Part shown: positions 59,240-64,000 of the stretch, piece after piece
Layout: each line of letters begins with the position of its first letter
Position numbering within the stretch: position 1 is the first letter of the stretch
DNA from: the human T2T-CHM13v2.0 reference genome, Homo sapiens
Reading direction: 5' to 3' (one strand)
Length of the DNA: 64,000 nucleotides
Assembly: GCF_009914755.1 (NCBI RefSeq)
Contig: NC_060941.1
Program-made: the position numbers and the translations under genes
Notes under the pieces: model-generated
The model's database searches: none
What the model was told of the DNA's origin: nothing
What the model saw: the letters and a program-made list of their open reading frames with translations, nothing else

Positions 59240-59880
59240 CCTTGGAGTTGTTCCTCTTCCTCTCCCTCTGACCTCTGATACATGACCGCATCCCCTGATG
59301 CATCATCAAGTCTCATGGATTCTTTATTCAAACTCTTTCTTTGTTTTCTTGTACCTCTTGCCTCCTATTTCCTGGTAATTGTCCATGAGGTTCTCATTAC
59401 ATTATGCCTGGGCTATTTTAATAATTATCTCATTTGCCTCCTTTGTTCCATTCTCTTCTGAAATTCCACCCAATACAGGATCCTCCTCCTTGGCTTCTTG
59501 CCTTTGATGAAACACCTTCAGTGACTTTTCATTTCATAGATGCTATTGCTCAGCCCCCAGGGTCCCCATAGTCTGGATCTAATCTAACTCCCCACAACCA
59601 GGATCCTTGACACAAACCATCCTTCCAGCCAGAGGGGGCAGTTTGTGGTCCATATACCCTCCTGCCACTATCCTCTATGTTTTGCTTATGCTATTTCTCC
59701 TGGCAAAACAGATATTTCTAAGGTCCAAGTCCCCAGTCTTGTTTCCCTGGACTTTCCTTAGCTTTAGAAGAGATGAGACACTTTAGTGGGTGTCCAGCCT
59801 AGGGTGTTTCTGTCCTGGAGATCTTTAGAGAAATTGTTTCCTGTTGCTTGACACTTGCTTAAAATGTCCAGCCTTGTTCT
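59240..59880 (+). mobile_element. L2 fragment
   Basis: ttggagttgttcctcttcctctc..atcatcaagtctcatggattc; aacaccttcagtgactt; ttttgcttatgctatttctcctgg. Confidence 0.6.
59709..59797 (+). repeat. Dispersed direct copy of 58882-58971
   Basis: cag.tatttctaaggtc.aagt.cccca...tttccctg...ttcctt.gctt.agaag.gatgagacactttagtg.gt..ccag at both sites. Confidence 0.9.
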
Positions 59881-60129
59881 CTTATTTCCCCCCTTTTTTT
59901 TTCTTTTCTTTGTCGTTTCTCTCCAGTGACATTGCTGGTCTCAGAGGGCAGGAAAGCAGCCTCTTACTTTTTTGAATCACAGTTACCTTTATTAGAAAGT
60001 GTTGCATAATCCTGGATCTGGTTTGGAGTCTGAAAAAAATAAGAAAAAATAAAAAATAAAAGATAAGTGTTGCATAGTACAAGTGTTCATGACAATTCCC
60101 CTTATTAATGTGTAAAAAACCTTGCCAGT

Positions 60130-61910
60130 GGGTTCCTAAAAAAGTAAAACAAAAAATCACCATGTGACCCAGCAGTCCCACTCTTAGGTATATAGAAAAA
60201 AAAAATTGAAAATAAGTGTTCAAAAAAAATACTTTTATTCAAATGCTCAGAGCACCACTATTCATAATAGCCAAAGGTGGAAACAACCCAAATGTCCATC
60301 AACAGATGAATGGATAAACAAAATTGAATCTATCCATACAGTGGAATATTATTCAGCCGTAAGAAGGAGTGAAGCAAGATGGATTAAAGACTTAAATGTA
60401 AAACCCAAAACCATAAAAACTCTAGAAGAAAACCTAAGCAATACCATTCAGGATATAGGCAAGGGCAAAGACTTCATGCCTAAAACACCTAAAGCGATTA
60501 AAACAAAAGCCAAATCGACACATGGGATCTAGCTTCTGCACAGCAAAAGAAACTATCATCAGAGTGAACAGGAAACCTACAGAATGGGAGAAAATTTTTG
60601 CAATCTATCCATCTGACAAACGGCTAATATCCAGAGTCTAGAAGGATCTTAAACCAATTTCCAAGAAAAAAACAACCTCAACAAAAAGTGGCCAAAGGTT
60701 ATGAACAGACACTTCTCAAAAGAAGACATTTATGTGGCCAACAAACATATGAAAAAGAGCTCATCACTGGTCATCAGAGAAATGCAAGTCAAAACCACAA
60801 TGAGATACCGTCTCACTCCAGTTACAATGGCCATCAGTAAAAAGTCAGGAAACAACAGATGCTGGAGAGGATGTGGAGAAATAGGAATGCTTCTACACTG
60901 TTCGTGGGAGTGTAAATTAGTTCGACCATTGTGAAAGACAGTGTGGTGATTCTCAAGGATCTAGAACCAGAAATACCATTTGACCCAGCAATCCCATTAC
61001 TGGGTATATACCCAAAGGATTATAAATCATTCTACTATAAAGACACATGCACATGTATGTTTATTACAGCACTGTTTACAATAGCGAAGACTTGGAATCA
61101 ACCCAAATGCCCATCAATGGTAGACTGAATAATGAAAATGTATCATATATACACCATGGAATACTATGCAGCCATAAAAGAGGATGAGTTCATGTCCTTT
61201 GCAGGGACATGGATGAAGCTGGAAACCATCATTCTCAGCAAACTAACACAGAAATAGAAAACCAAACACCGCACATTCTCACTCATAAGTGGGAGTTGAA
61301 CAATGAGAACACATGGACACAGGGAAGGGAACATCACACACCAGGGCCTGTTGAGCAGTGGGGGGCGAGGGGACAGAGAGCATTAGTACAGATACCTAAT
61401 GCATGCGGGGCTTAAAACCTAGATGATGGGTTGATAGGTGCAGCAAAACCCCATGGCACACGTACACCTGTGTAACAAACCTGCACGTTCTGCACCTGTA
61501 TCCCAGAACTTAAAGTAAAATAAAAATAAGTAAATAAATAAATAAGAAGGAGTGAAGCACTTTTTCATGCTACAGTGGGGACGAACCTTGAAAACATTAT
61601 GCTAATGAAGGAAACCAGATACAAAGGCCCCATGTTATATGATTCCATTTATATGCAATGTCCACCATGGGTATCTGCAGAGAGACAGAAGGTAGGTCCA
61701 GGGTTGCCAGGGGCTGCGGGTTGGGAGTGTGGAGGAGGAGGAGTGACTGCTTAATGAGTATGGGATTTCCTTTTGGGTGATAAAAATGTTTTGGGACTAG
61801 ACGGAAGTGATGTTTGCCCAACATTGTGAATGTCCTAAATGCCACTGAATCATATGCTTTAAAATTGTTAATTTGATGTTAGCTGAATTTCGCCTTAATT
61901 AGAAACAAAA
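60130..61910 (+). mobile_element. L1MB-type 3' end split by L1PA
   Basis: accatgtgacccagcagtcccactcttaggtatata; ggaaacaacccaaatgtccatcaacagatgaatggataaacaaa; aaccttgaaaacattatgctaa; ttttgggtgataaaaatgttttgg. Confidence 0.92.
60377..61542 (+). mobile_element. 5'-truncated L1PA7/8-type (ORF2 C-terminus and 3' UTR, disrupted)
   Basis: RWIKDLNVKPKTIKTLEENL.., HFSKEDIY..; TSD taagaaggagtgaagca. Confidence 0.97.
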
Positions 61911-62716
61911 AGATGGAGGTCCCTCCTCGCCTATTGCCACATGAAGTTAGAGAAAAAGATGACAATGGGCCTAGCACTAGAGATATTTGGGAGCAGCCCT
62001 GGTCTCAGTGTCTGTTTGATTCTTCTCAACGTCCTACATGAATATAAAGGGTTGAGGATACAGGCCACAGTATAATTCTTTTGCTGTTTGTTGAATGTTG
62101 GCATTAACTGCACCCTCATGCCTCATTTCTCCCCCAGATATAATTTATTATAAATTTGGAAATTCCTCGATGTTGAATGATGAAACAACAATCTCTCAGT
62201 TGCTGCTCTTCTCCGGGAGAAAGAGTAGGTCAAGTAGGACTTTATTCCATGTCAGGTATGGGCTTGGGTTTCCTGCCAGCTGCCCAGCGGCCACACTCTG
62301 GCCCTTGCTGGTCAGAGTAACCACTGCAGGAAACCCGGCAATGGCCCTTTCTGCGGGGCGGTTCATTGTTGTGCTCTTCCCTCCATCCTCACACCCCAGC
62401 CCTCTTTCACCACCTTCTCCTCAGTACAAGGAATATTTTAAAAGACGTTAAGCTTGAAATGATTAATCAAACTGCAAGAAGGAGCTCCTGAGAGTCTGGG
62501 AAAACACAGAAGAACGACGCTTTCTGCTCCATTGAAATGCAAATATGCTAGCCACAGAACCCTTTGCTGGAAAACTTGGAATGATGTATTTCTGGGAAGC
62601 CTTACTCCCTCCACCTTTCTGCCGCCTTCCCTGGCTGACCACTCGCTTTGGGTTGAGTGCAGTTTTGATGAGTCCGTTTCAAAAAGTCAAAGCTAAAGAT
62701 GTTGTCAGTTGAGTGT

Positions 62717-62794
62717 AAGATAAGTATTGCATAGTACAAGTGTTCATGACAATTCCCCTTGCCAGTGGGTTCCTAAAAGAGTAAAACAAAAAAT
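62717..62794 (+). repeat. Dispersed direct copy of 60060-60157
   Basis: agataagt.ttgcatagtacaagtgttcatgacaattcccctt / gccagtgggttcctaaaa.agtaaaacaaaaaat at both sites. Confidence 0.95.
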
Positions 62795-63884
62795 TATAGA
62801 ACCTATAATCTCCTTATATGGAAGCAGAAAGAAAAGAAAGTGTATGTTGCTCAACCCTTTACAATTTTTATTTCTAAGGTTTTTTCCTGAGATTAGCCAA
62901 GAAACATATAGAGCACCCAGTGTGTGTCAGCCTCTGTGATAAATGATAGGTGCTTCATGATGAATGGTTAAGGTGTAATTTCTGCTTTTAAGGAACTTGG
63001 CTTTTTCCTTTATTCCAGAAAGAAGCAATCGTTTTTAGCTACGATGATTGTGCAAGTCAAGGGTTAAAGTGATTTCATTTTCCTCTTTGATATTAAAGAT
63101 CCTCAGCCTCCCTGGTTCTCTGTTTTCAGCACACATGTTTATTTTCCTCTTATGGGAAACAGTTCTCATCCCTTGCAGAAGCCGAAGTAGTTATGGAGAA
63201 GAGATGAGGTAAATAGAAATAACTGGGGTGTAGCACCAAGTGGATTGATCTTTCCAGTTCCAGAGTCCTTGAAGGACTGCACGAGTGGGCCGGAGGTGGT
63301 GCTCTAGGTGGGTTGTGTAGTCTCATCTCACAATAAATTGAGGATGTCTCGGGCTCTGCCAGGGCTTGCCATGTGTGCACCTGCATAGGTCTGTCCACAA
63401 GGGCTCCATTTGATGTCTGTGGCAGAACAAAGTCCCAGTTTTTGAGAAGGAGCCTTCATGAAGTTGGGACCGAGGACTGCAGTGCATACGGCTGGCTTTC
63501 CAAACCCTCCAAGACCACAGTCTGCTTGTTTGCACAACATATTGCTGCCGTGTTCATCTAAGGACCTGAGAACAACCAGAGCTCAGGAAAAGCAGCTCTA
63601 TCTTCCTAGAAATGCCTCTCTAAAGACCTCAGAGAGACCTAGTAGAGTAAGAGGATCACCAAGTTGACAAGTCAGTAGGTTTGTCTCTTAGACCATGCCA
63701 GATAAATGACTGCAGTAGGCCTTGCACTGCATAAATAGTTTTCCAGCTGTGTTTTGTGGGTCCTGAGGGGGGAACCTTGATTTTGAAGAGGAGCCAGAGG
63801 TGGTTGAGCTCTTTACCTTGGCCTCCAATAGTAGCTCCTTTAAAGATAAATCTGCCCTTGCCTTATGCATGGGACTATTGTTAC

Positions 63885-64000
63885 TGATGTGTATCAGTTT
63901 AGCTGGGACACTTACAGTTTACCTCTGTTGTCCTGGAGGAACAATTATTGACACCCCTTCTTACTCTCCAAAGTTTTCTGGTTTGGACAATAAATTACAC
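63885..64000 (-). mobile_element. MER94-like (hAT-Blackjack)
   Basis: gtttacctctgttgtcctgg..aattattgacacccctt..actctccaaagt..ggtttggacaataaatta. Confidence 0.75.

Noticed and set aside
60060-62794. 78-bp direct repeats as LTRs or TSDs of a novel 2.7-kb element
   Set aside because: No TG..CA ends or flanking TSD; the interior is ordinary L1MB/L1PA plus unique DNA

Overview
This is primate, most likely human, non-coding genomic DNA. An AluYb-lineage element with the diagnostic 7-nt duplication is present. Much of the window is interspersed repeats: about 28 Alus, L1PA/L1M/HAL1, L2, MIR, MER57, MaLR/MLT2 LTRs and Tigger/hAT DNA transposons. It also holds simple repeats and one heavily decayed ubiquitin pseudogene fragment (about 44.6-44.8 kb, - strand). 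I find no supportable intact protein-coding gene, RNA gene or new gene system; the ORFs I could assign are repeat-derived and the rest look like chance ORFs. The most interesting signals are fossil DNA-repair and recombination events. (i) Two independently inserted, inverted L1PA fragments share two nonsense and several missense changes, suggesting gene conversion. (ii) A chimeric insert inside a TA-rich tract is built from one upstream and one downstream local template. (iii) There are three more short local dispersed duplications and an iterative micro-duplication. (iv) A 50-bp TSD-flanked micro-retroinsertion has no source I can identify. A few strong + strand splice sites hint at a host transcript. 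Repeat family calls are from recall of consensus sequences, not a database search, and boundaries of old elements are approximate.
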